Assembly (NCBI GenBank): GCA_907165135.1
Contig: CAJRAX010000007.1
Span: forward strand, 67,585 to 131,584
From: Oikopleura dioica
Taxonomy: Eukaryota; Animalia; Chordata
Length of the DNA: 64,000 nt
Reading direction: 5' to 3'
The notes under the pieces are model-generated. The model ran no database searches and was not told where the DNA came from. It saw only the letters and a program-made list of their open reading frames with translations. Position numbers and translations under genes: made by a program. Below are positions 34,634 to 45,450 of the stretch, piece by piece. The number at the start of each line of letters is the position of its first letter. Positions within the stretch are counted from its first letter, which is position 1.

Positions 34634-35645
34634 CTGAAAACGCCAAAAACGCATCAGAATTTATATTTATTTTTCTTTATTTTTATGAACTGTAAATCAT
34701 CTGAAAACGCAAAAAACGCATCAGAATTTTTATTTTTTTTTTTTTTTATTTTTATGAACTGTAAATCATCTTAAAACGCAAAAAAACGCATCAGAATTTA
34801 TATTTATTTTTTTTTTATTTTTATGAACTGTAAATCATCTGAAAACGCCAAAAAACGCATCAGAATTTTTTTAATTTTTTTTTTTTTATTTTTATGAACT
34901 GTAAATTATCTGAAAACGCCAAAAAACGCATCAGAATTTTTTAATTTTTTTATTTTTATGAACTGTTAATCATCTAAAAACGCCAAAAAACGCATCAGAA
35001 TTTTTCTTAATTTTTTCGATTTTTTAAACTGTCAATTATCTGAAAACGCCAAAAAATGCATCAGAATTTTTATTAATTTTTTTTTTATTTTTATGAATTG
35101 TAAATCATCTAATACGGCAAAAAACGCATCAGAATTTTTCTCAATTTTTTTATTATTTTTATGAACTGTAAATCATCTGAAAACGCAAAACAACGCATCA
35201 GAATTTTGATTAATTTTTTATGAACTGTAAATCATCTGAAAACGCCAAAAACGCATCAGAATTTTTTATTTTTTATTTTTATGAACTGTAAATCATCTGA
35301 AAACGCCAAAAAACGCATCAGAAATTTTCTTAATTTTTTCGATTTTGAACTGTAAATTATCTGAAAACGCCAAGAAACGCATAAGAATTTTTTAATTTTT
35401 TATTTTTATGAACTGTAAATCATCTGAAAACGCCAAAAAACGCATCAGAATTTTTCTTTATTTTTGATTTTTGAACTGTTAATTATCTAAAAACGCCAAA
35501 AACGCATCAGAATTTTTTAATTTTTGTTTTTATTTTTGAACTGTAAATCATCTGAAAACGCCGAAAAACGCATCAGAATTTTTCTTAATTTTTTTCGATT
35601 TTTTTGAGCTGTAAATTATCTGAAAACGCCAAAAAACGCATCAGA
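34634..35645 (+). repeat. Satellite I array, forward
   Basis: Same unit; continues the variant series interrupted at 18054. Confidence 0.96.
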
Positions 35646-35734
35646 TTTTTTTTTAATTTTTTTAAAAAAATTTTAAAATAATTTAATTTTATATAAATTT
35701 ACTTTAATTATTAATTTTATTAATAATTTAAAAA
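35646..35734. other. Almost pure A/T spacer where satellite orientation flips
   Basis: About 90 nt with a single C; forward units on the left, reverse units on the right. Confidence 0.8.
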
Positions 35735-36344
35735 TTTGATGCGTTTTTTGGCGTTTTCAGATGATTTACAATTCATTAAAATAAAAAAAAAAATTAAAAA
35801 AAAATTCTGATGCGTTTTTTGGCGTTTTCAGATGATTTACAGTTCAAAAATCGAAAAAATTAAGAAAAATTCTGATGCGTTTTTTGGCGTTTTCAGATGA
35901 TTTACAATTCATAAAAATAAAAAAATTAAAAAAAATTCTGATGCGTTTTTTGGCGTTTTCAGATGATTTACAATTCATAAAAATAAAAAAAAAATAAAAA
36001 AAAATTCTGATGCGTTTTTTGGCGTTTTCAGATGATTTACAGTTCAAAAAAATCGAAAAAAATTAAGAAAAATTCTGATGCGTTTTTTTGGCGTTTTAGA
36101 TAATTTACAGCTCAAAAAAATCGAAAAAAATTAAGAAAAATTCTGATGCGTTTTTTGGCGTTTTCAGATGATTTACAGTTCAAAAAAATAAAAACAAAAA
36201 TAAAAAAAAATTTCTGATTCGTTTTTTGGCGTTTTTAGATAATTAACAGTTCAAAAAATCAAAAAAAATTAAGAAAAATTCTGATGCGTTTTTTGGCGTT
36301 TTCAGATGATGTACAATTCATAAAAATAAAAAAAAAATTAAAAA
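35735..36344 (-). repeat. Satellite I array, reverse
   Basis: Unit reads TTCTGATGCGTTTTTTGGCGTTTTCAGATGATTTACAGTTC on the plus strand. Confidence 0.95.
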
Positions 36345-39266
36345 ACATTCTGATGCGTTTTTACGCGTTTTTTAGACGATGTTTAGTTCATAAAAATCGC
36401 GAAAACATTCTAATGCGTTTTTTCGCGTTTTTAGATGATGTTTGGTTCATCAAAATCGCAAAAATATTCTGATGCGTTTTTTCGCGTTTTTAGACGATGT
36501 TTATTTCATAAAAATCGCGAAAATATTATAATGCGTTTTTTCGCGTTTTGAGACGATGTTAAGTTCATAAAAATCGCGAAATTATTCTGATGCGTTTTTT
36601 CGCGTTTTTAGACGATGTTTAGTTCATAAAAATCGCGAAAACATTCTTATGCGTTTTTACGCGTTTTTAGACGATGTTTAGTTCAAAAAAATCGCGAAAA
36701 TATTCTGATGCGTTTTTTCGGATTTTCAGACGATGTTCGGTTCATCAAAATCGCAAAAATATTCTGATGCGTTTTTTCGCGTTTTTAGACGAAGATAAGT
36801 TCATCAAAATCGCGAAAATATTCTGATGCGTTTTTTCGCGTTTTTAGACGATGTTAAGTTCATAAAAATCGCGAAAATATTCTGATGCGTTTTTACGCGT
36901 TTTTAGACGATGTTTATTTCATAAAAATCGCGAAAATATTCTGATGCGTTTTTTCGCGTTTTTAGACGATGTTAAGTTCATCAAAATCGCGAAAATATTC
37001 TGATGCGTTTTTCGCGTTTTTAGACGATGTTTAGTTCATAAAAATTGCGAAAACATTCTAATGCGTTTTTTCGCGTTTTTAGACGATGTTGAGTTCATAA
37101 AAATCGAGAAAAACATTCTGATGCGTTTTTTTTTTGCGTTTTAAGACGATGTTTAGTTCATAAAAATCGCGAAAATATTCTGATGCTTTTTTTCGCGTTT
37201 TTAGACGATGTCTAGTTCATAAAAACGCGAAAATATTCTGATGCGTTTTTTCGCGTTTTGAGACGATGTTTGGTTCATCAAAATCGCAAAAATATTCTGA
37301 TGCGTTTTTTCGCGTTTTTAGACGATATTTAGTTCATCAAAATCGCAAAAATATTCTGATGCGTTTTTTCGCGTTTTTAGACGATATTTAGTTCATAAAA
37401 ATCGCAAAAATATTCTGATGCGTTTTTCGCGTTTTGAGACGATGTTAAGTTCATAAAAATCGCGAAATTATTCTGATACGTTTTTTCGCGTTTTTAGACG
37501 ATGTTTAGTTCATAAAAATCGCGAAAATATTCTGATGCGTTTTTCGCGTTTTTAGACGATGTAAAGTTCATAAAAATCGCGAGAACATTCTAATGCGTTA
37601 TTTCGTGTTTTAAGACGATGTTTATTCAATGAAAATCGCGAAAACATTCTGATGCGTTTTTACGCGTTTTAAGACGATGTTTAGTTCATTAAAATCGCGA
37701 AATTATTCTGATGCGTTTTTCGCGTTTTTAGACGATGTTAAGTTCATAAAAATCGCGAAAACATTCTAATGCGTTATTTCGTGTTTTAAGACGATATTTA
37801 TTTCATAAAAATCGCGAAAACATTCTGATGCGTTTTTACGCGTTTTTTAGACGATGTTTGGTTCATCAAAATCGCATAAATATTCTGATGCGTTTTTTCG
37901 CGTTTTAAGACGATGTTTATTTCATAAAAATCGCGAAAACATTCTGATGCGTTTTAACGCGTTTTTTAGACGGTGTTTAGTTCATAAAAATCGCGAAAAC
38001 ATTCGTATGCGTTTTTTCGCGTTTTTAGACGATGTTTGGTTCATCAAAATCGCAAAAATATTCTGATGCGTTTTTTCGCGTTTTTAGACGATGTTTATTT
38101 CATAAAAATCGCGAAAATATTATGATGCGTTTTTTCGCGTTTTGAGACGATGTTAAGTTCATAAAAATCGCGAAATTATTCTGATGCGTTTTTTCGCGTT
38201 TTTAGACGATGTTTAGTTCATAAAAATCGCGAAAACATTCTTATGCGTTTTTACGCGTTTTTAGACGATGTTTAGTTCAAAAAAATCGCGAAAATATTCT
38301 GATGCGTTTTTTCGCGTTTTCAGACGATGTTCGGTTCATCAAAATCGCAAAAATATTCTGATGCGTTTTTTCGCGTTTTGAGACGATGATAAGTTCATCA
38401 AAATCGCGAAAATATTCTGATGCGTTTTTTCGCGTTTTTAGACGATGTTAAGTTCATAAAAATCGCGAAAATATTCTGATGCGTTTTAACGCGTTTTCAG
38501 ACGATGTTTATTTCATAAAAATCGCGAAAATATTCTGATGCGTTTTTTCGCGTTTTTAGACGATGTTTAGTTCATCAAAATCGCGAAAATATTCTGATGC
38601 GTTTTTCGCGTTTTTAGACGATGTTTAGTTCATAAAAATTGCGAAAACATTCTAATGCGTTTTTTCGCGTTTTAAGACGATGTTGAAGTCATTTAAATCG
38701 AGAAAAACATTCTGATGCGTTTTTTCGCGTTTTTAGACGATATTTAGTTCATCAAAATCGCAAAAATATTCTGATGCGTTTTTTCGCGTTATTAGACGAT
38801 ATTTAGTTCATAAAAATCGCAAAAATATTCTGATGCGTTTTTCGCGTTTTGAGACGATGTTAAGTTCATAAAAATCGCGAAATTATTCTGATACGTTTTT
38901 TCGCGTTTTTAGACGATGTTTAGTTCATAAAAATCGCGAAAATATTCTGATGCGTTTTTCGCGTTTTTAGACGATGTAAAGTTCATAAAAATCGCGAGAA
39001 CATTCTAATGCGTTATTTCGTGTTTTAAGACGATCTTTATTTCATAAAAATCGCGAAAACAAATGTTTTAATGATCAGAATTCTGATGCGTTTTTACGCG
39101 TTTTAAGACGATGTTTAGTTCATTAAAATCGCGAAATTATTCTGATGCGTTTCTTGCGTTTTTAGACGATGTTAAGTTCATAAAAATCGCGAAAACATTC
39201 TAATGCGTTATTTCGTGTTTTAAGACGATGTTTATTTCATAAAAATCGCGAAAATATTCTGATGCG
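36345..39266 (-). repeat. Satellite II: ~59-bp CpG-rich variant (about 50 copies)
   Basis: TTCTGATGCGTTTTTTCGCGTTTTTAGACGATGTTTAGTTCATAAAAATCGCGAAAATA repeated; shares the TTCTGATGCGTTTTT and AGTTCATAAAAAT blocks with satellite I. Confidence 0.95.
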
Positions 39267-40923
39267 TTGGCGTATTCAGATAATTTACAATTCAAAAAAA
39301 TCGAAAAAAATTAAGAAAAATTCTGATGCATTTTTTGGCGTTTTCAGATGATTCACAGTTCATGAAAATAAAAAAAATTAAAAAAATTATGATGCGTTTT
39401 TTGGCGTTTTCTGATGATTCACAGTTCATAAAAATAAAAAAAAAAATAATAGAAATTCTGTTGCGTTTTTTGGCGTTTTCAGATAATTTACAGTTCAAAA
39501 AAATAAAAAAAAAATTAAAAAAAATTCTGATGCGTTTTTGGCGATTTCAGATAATTTACAGTTCAAAAAAATCGAAAAGAATTAAGAAAAATTCTGATGC
39601 GTTTTTTTGCGTTTTCAGATGATTTACAGTTCATAAAAATAATAAAAAAAATAAATATAAATTCTGATGCGTTTTTTTGCGTTTTAAGATGATTTACAGT
39701 TCATAAAAATAAAAAAAAAAAAAATAAAAATTCTAATGCGTTTTTTTTGCGTTTTCAGATGATTTACAGTTCATAAAAATAAAGAAAAAATAAATATAAA
39801 TTCTGATGCGTTTTTGGCGTTTTCAGATGGTTTACAATTCTTAAAAATATAAAAAAAATAAAGAAAAATTCTGATGCGTTTTTTGGCGTTTTCAGATGAT
39901 TTACAGTTCAAAAAAATCGAAAAAAATTAAGAAAAATTCTGATGCGTTTTTTGGCGTTTTCAGATGATTTACAGTTCAAATAAATAAATAAAAATAAAAA
40001 AAAATTCTGATGCGTTTTTTGGCGTTTTCAGATAATTTACAGTTCAAAAAAATCGAAAAAAATCAAGAAAAATTCTGATGCGTTTTTTGGCGTTTTCAGA
40101 TGATTTACAGTTCATAAAAATAAAAAAAAATTAAAAAAATTCTGATGCGTTTTTGGCGTTTTCAGATAATTTACAGTTCAAAAAATCGAAAAAATTAAGA
40201 AAAATTCTGATGCGTTTTTTGGCGTTTTCAGATGATTTACAGTTCATAAAAATATAAAAAAAAATAAAAAAAATTCTGATGCGTTTTTTGGCGTTTTCAG
40301 ATGATTTAAAGTTCATAAAAATAAAAAAAAATTTATCAAAATTCTGATGCGTTTTTTGGCGTTTTCAGATGATTTACAATTCATAAAAATAAAAAATTAA
40401 AAAAATTCTGATGCGTTTTTGGCGTTTTCAGATGATTTACAGTTCATAAAAATATAAAAAAAAATATAGAAAAATTCTGATGCGTTTTTTGGCGTTTTCA
40501 GATGATTTACAGTTCAAAAAAATCGAAAAAAATTAAGAAAAATTCTGATGCGTTTTTTTTGGCGTTTTCAGATGATTTACAATTCATAAAAATAAAAAAA
40601 AAAAATTAAAAAAAATTCTGATGCGTTTTTTGGCGTTTTCAGATGATTTACAGTTCAAAAAAATCGAAAAAAATTAAGAAAAATTCTGATGCGTTTTTTG
40701 GCGTTTTCAGATGATTTACAATTCATAAAAATAAAAAATTAAAAAAAATTCTGATGCGTTTTTTGGCGTTTTCAGATGATTTACAGTTCAAAAAAATCGA
40801 AAAAATTAAGAAAAATTCTGATGCGTTTTTTGGCGTTTTCAGATGATTTACAATTCATAAAAATAAAAAAAAAAAAATTAAAAAAAATTCTGATGCGTTT
40901 TTTGGCGTTTTCAGATAATTTAC
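39267..40923 (-). repeat. Satellite I array, reverse
   Basis: Same unit. Confidence 0.96.
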
Positions 40924-42216
40924 TGATACGGAAGCGGCTGTCCTGCAGGAATTTTGCTCGATCTATAACTCTAGAATGCCAAGCGAAAATAACGAGAATC
41001 AAATTTAAAATTTGCTTGGTTTTATTTGTGATTTGAATGCCGGAAAAAGGCGCGACGCGGGGTTAAATAGCAGCGAGATTCAATCAGTGTTTTTGAACAA
41101 GCGGTTGTTTTTGAAAAACAATTTTTCTTTTGAAAACAAGGAAAAGAGCCCGTGGCTTTCTTTAGCGGTTTTTCTTGCGGGAAATCCTTTCGGATCGATT
41201 TCTTTTCGGATGATGAGCTGGTCGAACTTGCCAAGCAAGTTATTTTCAAAGGATTTTGAAGCCGGCGCCGCGCGTGACGAGATAAAACGCAAATTAATTT
41301 TTTTTGATAATAAAAGCAGAAAATAATAACAGCCACTAAAACTTCTCACTATGTGACCGTAGAAGTGACTGTTAATTAGGATTGAAAAATATAAAAGGAT
41401 GAGAAAAGAAAAAGAATATGTACAAAATTTTAACAAATAAATTGAATAAAATTTGGTCAGGATTTTATAAAATAAATTTATCAAAATTGAAATCATAGAA
41501 GAAGCAAATTCCAAGGAACATACCCGGGGGAAGTTACTGTCGCGGTTCGCACCGTATCTTCTCTTACGGATGAGCTAGTTTGCGACAAGCGGACGCACTG
41601 ACAGAGAGTTTGTCCGACCCCACGGCACCGAGATGATACGACGGTTTATCGGCTCGTTGGAGTAGTTGTTGTTGAAGAAGGTGTTGACGGCTATCTTGTT
41701 GTAGAAGTTGAATCGTATGAACTGTCAATAATCGAACTTTTAAAATCGCAAAGCAATGATAAGAAATATCAATAAATAGATTAAACATGCGGTTTTGCGA
41801 ATTGCATATTTTTGATGAATGGACGTCAGATCGCACTAGAATAGTCAGAAACAAATTAAGATTTTTTCCAAAGTATGCGTACATACACATTAATCCTAGA
41901 CTGAATAAACCCTTAATTAATTTCCGACCCGTTGACTATGATGAGAGCATATGAGCATTCCAATGATAAAAGTAGAAATCGTAAAGAGATGACATGATGA
42001 TAACACAATTTTGGGTCAATCTGGCTCGTAAAAACTGACCATCTTTTCATTTTGAGAAGAATATCGTGAAATGATTTTTGGAAAAATGTCTGATCAATTT
42101 GGTGATACCAAGCTGACAAGACAAATTTAAACTAACGTAGAACCGAATTGACGTAAATATTTGGCCGTGAAATAAATTTTTTGTGTTGCTTGAGGCGTTG
42201 TTCCCGAAGGATATCA
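40924..42216 (-). mobile_element. Solo LTR of a fifth family (E), 1293 bp, TSD TTTAC
   Basis: TGATAC...ATATCA termini; TTTAC at 40919-40923 and 42217-42221; shares CTTCTCACTATGTGACC, TCTGGCTCGTAA and TGGCCGTGAAAT with LTR B in the same orientation. Confidence 0.9.
41519..41620 (-). ncRNA. Putative structured RNA element in solo LTR E, ending GGG|GTATGT
   Basis: On the minus strand: CGGAC/GTCCG, TGTCGC/GCGACA and CCGTA/TACGG stems; GAACCGCGACAGTAACT matches C GAACCGCGTCAGTAACT. Confidence 0.55.
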
Positions 42217-43318
42217 TTTACAGTTCAAAAAAATAGAAAAAAATTAAGAAAAATTCTGATGCGTTTTTTGGCGTTTTCAGATGATTTACAATTCATAAAA
42301 ATAAAAAAAAATTAAAAAAAATTCTGATGCGTTTTTTGGCGTTTTCAGATGATTTACAGTTCAAAAAAATCGAAAAAAATTAAGAAAAATTCTGATGCGT
42401 TTTTTGGCGTTTTAGATAATTTACAGCTCAAAAAAATCGAAAAAAATTAAGAAAAATTCTGATGCGTTTTTTGGCGTTTTCAGATGATTTACAGTTCATA
42501 AAAATAAAAATGAATAAATAAAAATTCTGATGCGTTTTTTTGCGTTTTCAGATGATTTACAGTTCATAAAAATAATAAAAAAATAAAGAAAAATTCTGAT
42601 GCGTTTTTTTGCGTTTTCAGATGATTTACAGTTCATAAAAATAAAAAAAAAATTAATCAAAATTCTGATGCGTTGTTTTGCGTTTTCAGATGATTTACAG
42701 TTCATAAAAATAAAAAAAAAATAAAGAAAAATTCTGATGCCATTTTGAGCGTTTTCAGATGATTTACAGTTCATAGAAATAAACAAAAAAATTGTGAAAA
42801 ATTCTGATGCGTTTTTTGCCGTATTAGATGATTTACAATTCATAAAAATAAAAAAAAAATTAATAGAAATTCTGATGCATTTTTTGGCGTTTTCAGATAA
42901 TTGACAGTAAAAAAAAATCGAAAAAAATTAAGAAAAATTCTGATGCGTTTTTTGGCGTTTTTAGATGATTAACAGTTCATAAAAATACAAAAAAAAATTA
43001 AAAAAAATTCTGATGCGTTTTTTGGCGTTTTCAGATGATTAACAGTTCATAGAAATAAACAAAAAAATTGAGAAAAATTCTGATGCGTTTTTTGCCGTAT
43101 TAGATGATTTACCTTTCATAAAAATAAAAAAAAAATTAATAAAAATTCTGATGCATTTTTTGGCGTTTTCAGATAATTGACAGTTTAAAAAAATCGAAAA
43201 AATTAAGAAAAATTCTGATGCGTTTTTTGGCGTTTACAGATGATTTACAGTTCATAAAAATAAAAAAAAAAATAAAAAAATTCTGATGCGTTTTTTGGCG
43301 TTTTCAGATAATTGACAG
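42217..43318 (-). repeat. Satellite I array, reverse
   Basis: Same unit. Confidence 0.96.
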
Positions 43319-44345
43319 TGATACGAATAAAGGAAAGAACACAAGAAAAAAATGAAAAATTGAATATCCCAGTCACATAAATATTTTCGCCAATTAGGTT
43401 GATTAGGCATGAATTTCACAGTTTTATGTTCCGACGATTTTCGGAGCCAAATCTCGGATGCTTGCATGAATTCATAAATCTCTATTTTTCCCTCATAACG
43501 TACGCGTTATTTCACAAATCAAAGGCACATTAGCCACCCGTTTCGGCGGTTCTTTATTTAACTCTTTCTAGTGCTCACTACTTCTTTTATTTAATTTTTG
43601 AACTGGTAATTATTATTGATGAATCAAGCTGACTCTTCTATGTCTTCAAAACGATGATGGCAATTCTTCTTGACGATAAAAAATCGATCGGCATTTTCTA
43701 CTACTACAACAGAGCTGTTGCATGGATTTCATCCTCTAGCTGAGTTCCGCTCTGCGGCTTGACAGTGTGACCCCGTGCTCCTCGGGATGGCGCTGTCTGT
43801 AAGTACTCCTAGGTAGGCAAAATTGATTGAACACCTTTCTGGCTCGCTTAAGGGAAGCTGACCACTCTCCTCAAAACCGACAGAATTGCAGCTTCAACAA
43901 TGGCGGCGACTTCTCTGGCAACAACGACGACTACGCAATGGACTGACAACGATTATTGGAACTGGCTTTGGAAAAGTATTAGTAAAAATTCATTAAATTC
44001 TATCAAAAAGGGATATGGCCACATAGTGGGAAGTTGAACTTTTTGATAAAATTTATTTCTTGGGATTAATTTCGAAGCGAACGTGGCTGTTTCGGCGAAT
44101 TTCGATTGACAGAAAAACAATTGCGCGAAAAGCGCTCACCATATTTGGAAAGAAAAACATGGCGCGAAATGCGCCGCGCCTTATTTGGAAAGAAACGCAC
44201 CTGCGCGAAATGCGAATTGAAAATTTGAAAATTTGAAAAATCACTCTCTCCATACTCAAAATAATACAGCCACGTTTTGAAATTTTGGCGTCATTCTTTG
44301 CAAGAATTCTAGCTTAGAGAGCATTTGAGCAGCAAATCGGTATCA
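43319..44345 (+). repeat. 5' LTR of D
   Basis: TGATAC...GTATCA; direct repeat of 50045-51071. Confidence 0.96.
43742..43818 (+). ncRNA. Putative structured RNA element in LTR D (second copy 50468-50544), ending TAG|GTAGGC
   Basis: CCGC-TCT-GCGG hairpin, stem GACAGTG/CGCTGTC (compensatory relative to A), inner CCCG/CGGG. Confidence 0.6.
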
Positions 44346-45412
44346 TGGTGAACACGCAAGACTCCAACTTCAAGGTAAATAAAATGCCCGAAGAATTACT
44401 TTTTGCCACTTTTCCGTCCCTCAATTCTCGTCAATTTTTTCGGCCTAATATGCTGTCTTATGAATTTACAATTTCCAAGAATAATTTGAGCGATAAAATT
44501 TCTGCAATGCGAAAAATTTTTGACAAAAGTATTAAGGATCACAATCGAGAGTCCGACCGCAATAATTTAGAAAAAGCTTTTGACAGACAAGTCGTAGACT
44601 GCATTCGCAATAATTGCTCTCACGAATTTATGAATAATTATGGGCGGGAAATGGCAAATTTCGAAAATATGGATGAAGTTTTTGATTTCCTGGAATCTGT
44701 TTTCGGAAGTGAATCTGAGGAAGAAAAGCGAGAGCGGGCGGGAGTCGAACTAGAAAACCTTTGTCGACGATCGGAAATGAATGAGAAGTTTTCGTCATTT
44801 TTGACACGAATTAAAACCGTCGCCGAGCTTATTTCTGATAAACAAGATGCTAGAGACTTTATTATCAACGCTCACTTTATGAAAAGCCTTGAGCCAGCGA
44901 ATAAGTCGTTTTTACGTGATCATGGAGTCAGTAAAAAGAGTGCTCAGGAGATTGCCACATTTTTGGACTCACGGGAGCGATTTTTGACTGTGAATGTTTC
45001 TTCGATCGAGTCGGCAAATCTTGCGTCCTTTGTTGATCGAACGAGCGAACTTTTGGATTCAAAATTGACTCAGATGGAATCAAATTATGAGCGCAAAAAT
45101 TCGGAATTACTTGAACAGATAAAACAATTAACAGCGACTGTAGCAAAGATAGAGCTCGAAAAGAAGGTCAAAAATGAGGAAATTAGCAGGCCAGCTAACC
45201 CGCCGGCCTCAGCAAATTTTATTCCGCCGTTTCCGTTCAGATTCCAGCAACCTCCCCAAGCGGCCCCTTTTTGCCGAAATTGCCAACAATGGGGTCATGT
45301 TAAGCCGAGGTGCCCCAAAATTAAATGCTACGAGTGTCAGGGTTTTGGTCATATCGGGCGAAACTGCTTGAAACGACGGGAAAATAGCACTCAGGATCAA
45401 TCAAAAAACTAA
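44345..45412 (+). CDS. gag: gag of D, 355 aa, two CCHC zinc knuckles
   Basis: CRNCQQWGHVKPRC and CYECQGFGHIGRNC; homologous to B Gag; the A of ATG is the last LTR base. Confidence 0.93.
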   Translation: MVNTQDSNFKVNKMPEELLFATFPSLNSRQFFRPNMLSYEFTISKNNLSDKISAMRKIFDKSIKDHNRESDRNNLEKAFDRQVVDCIRNNCSHEFMNNYGREMANFENMDEVFDFLESVFGSESEEEKRERAGVELENLCRRSEMNEKFSSFLTRIKTVAELISDKQDARDFIINAHFMKSLEPANKSFLRDHGVSKKSAQEIATFLDSRERFLTVNVSSIESANLASFVDRTSELLDSKLTQMESNYERKNSELLEQIKQLTATVAKIELEKKVKNEEISRPANPPASANFIPPFPFRFQQPPQAAPFCRNCQQWGHVKPRCPKIKCYECQGFGHIGRNCLKRRENSTQDQSKN

Positions 45413-45450
45413 ATTTTGGAACGAATTCTGGTCAAATTTCCGTTCCAAAA
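45403..45450 (+). promoter_or_regulatory. -1 frameshift signal of D (A_AAA_AAC plus 10-bp stem)
   Basis: Heptamer 45403-45409 before TAA; TTTTGGAACG (45414-45423) pairs with CGTTCCAAAA (45441-45450); the -1 frame leads to FLLDTGS. Confidence 0.8.
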
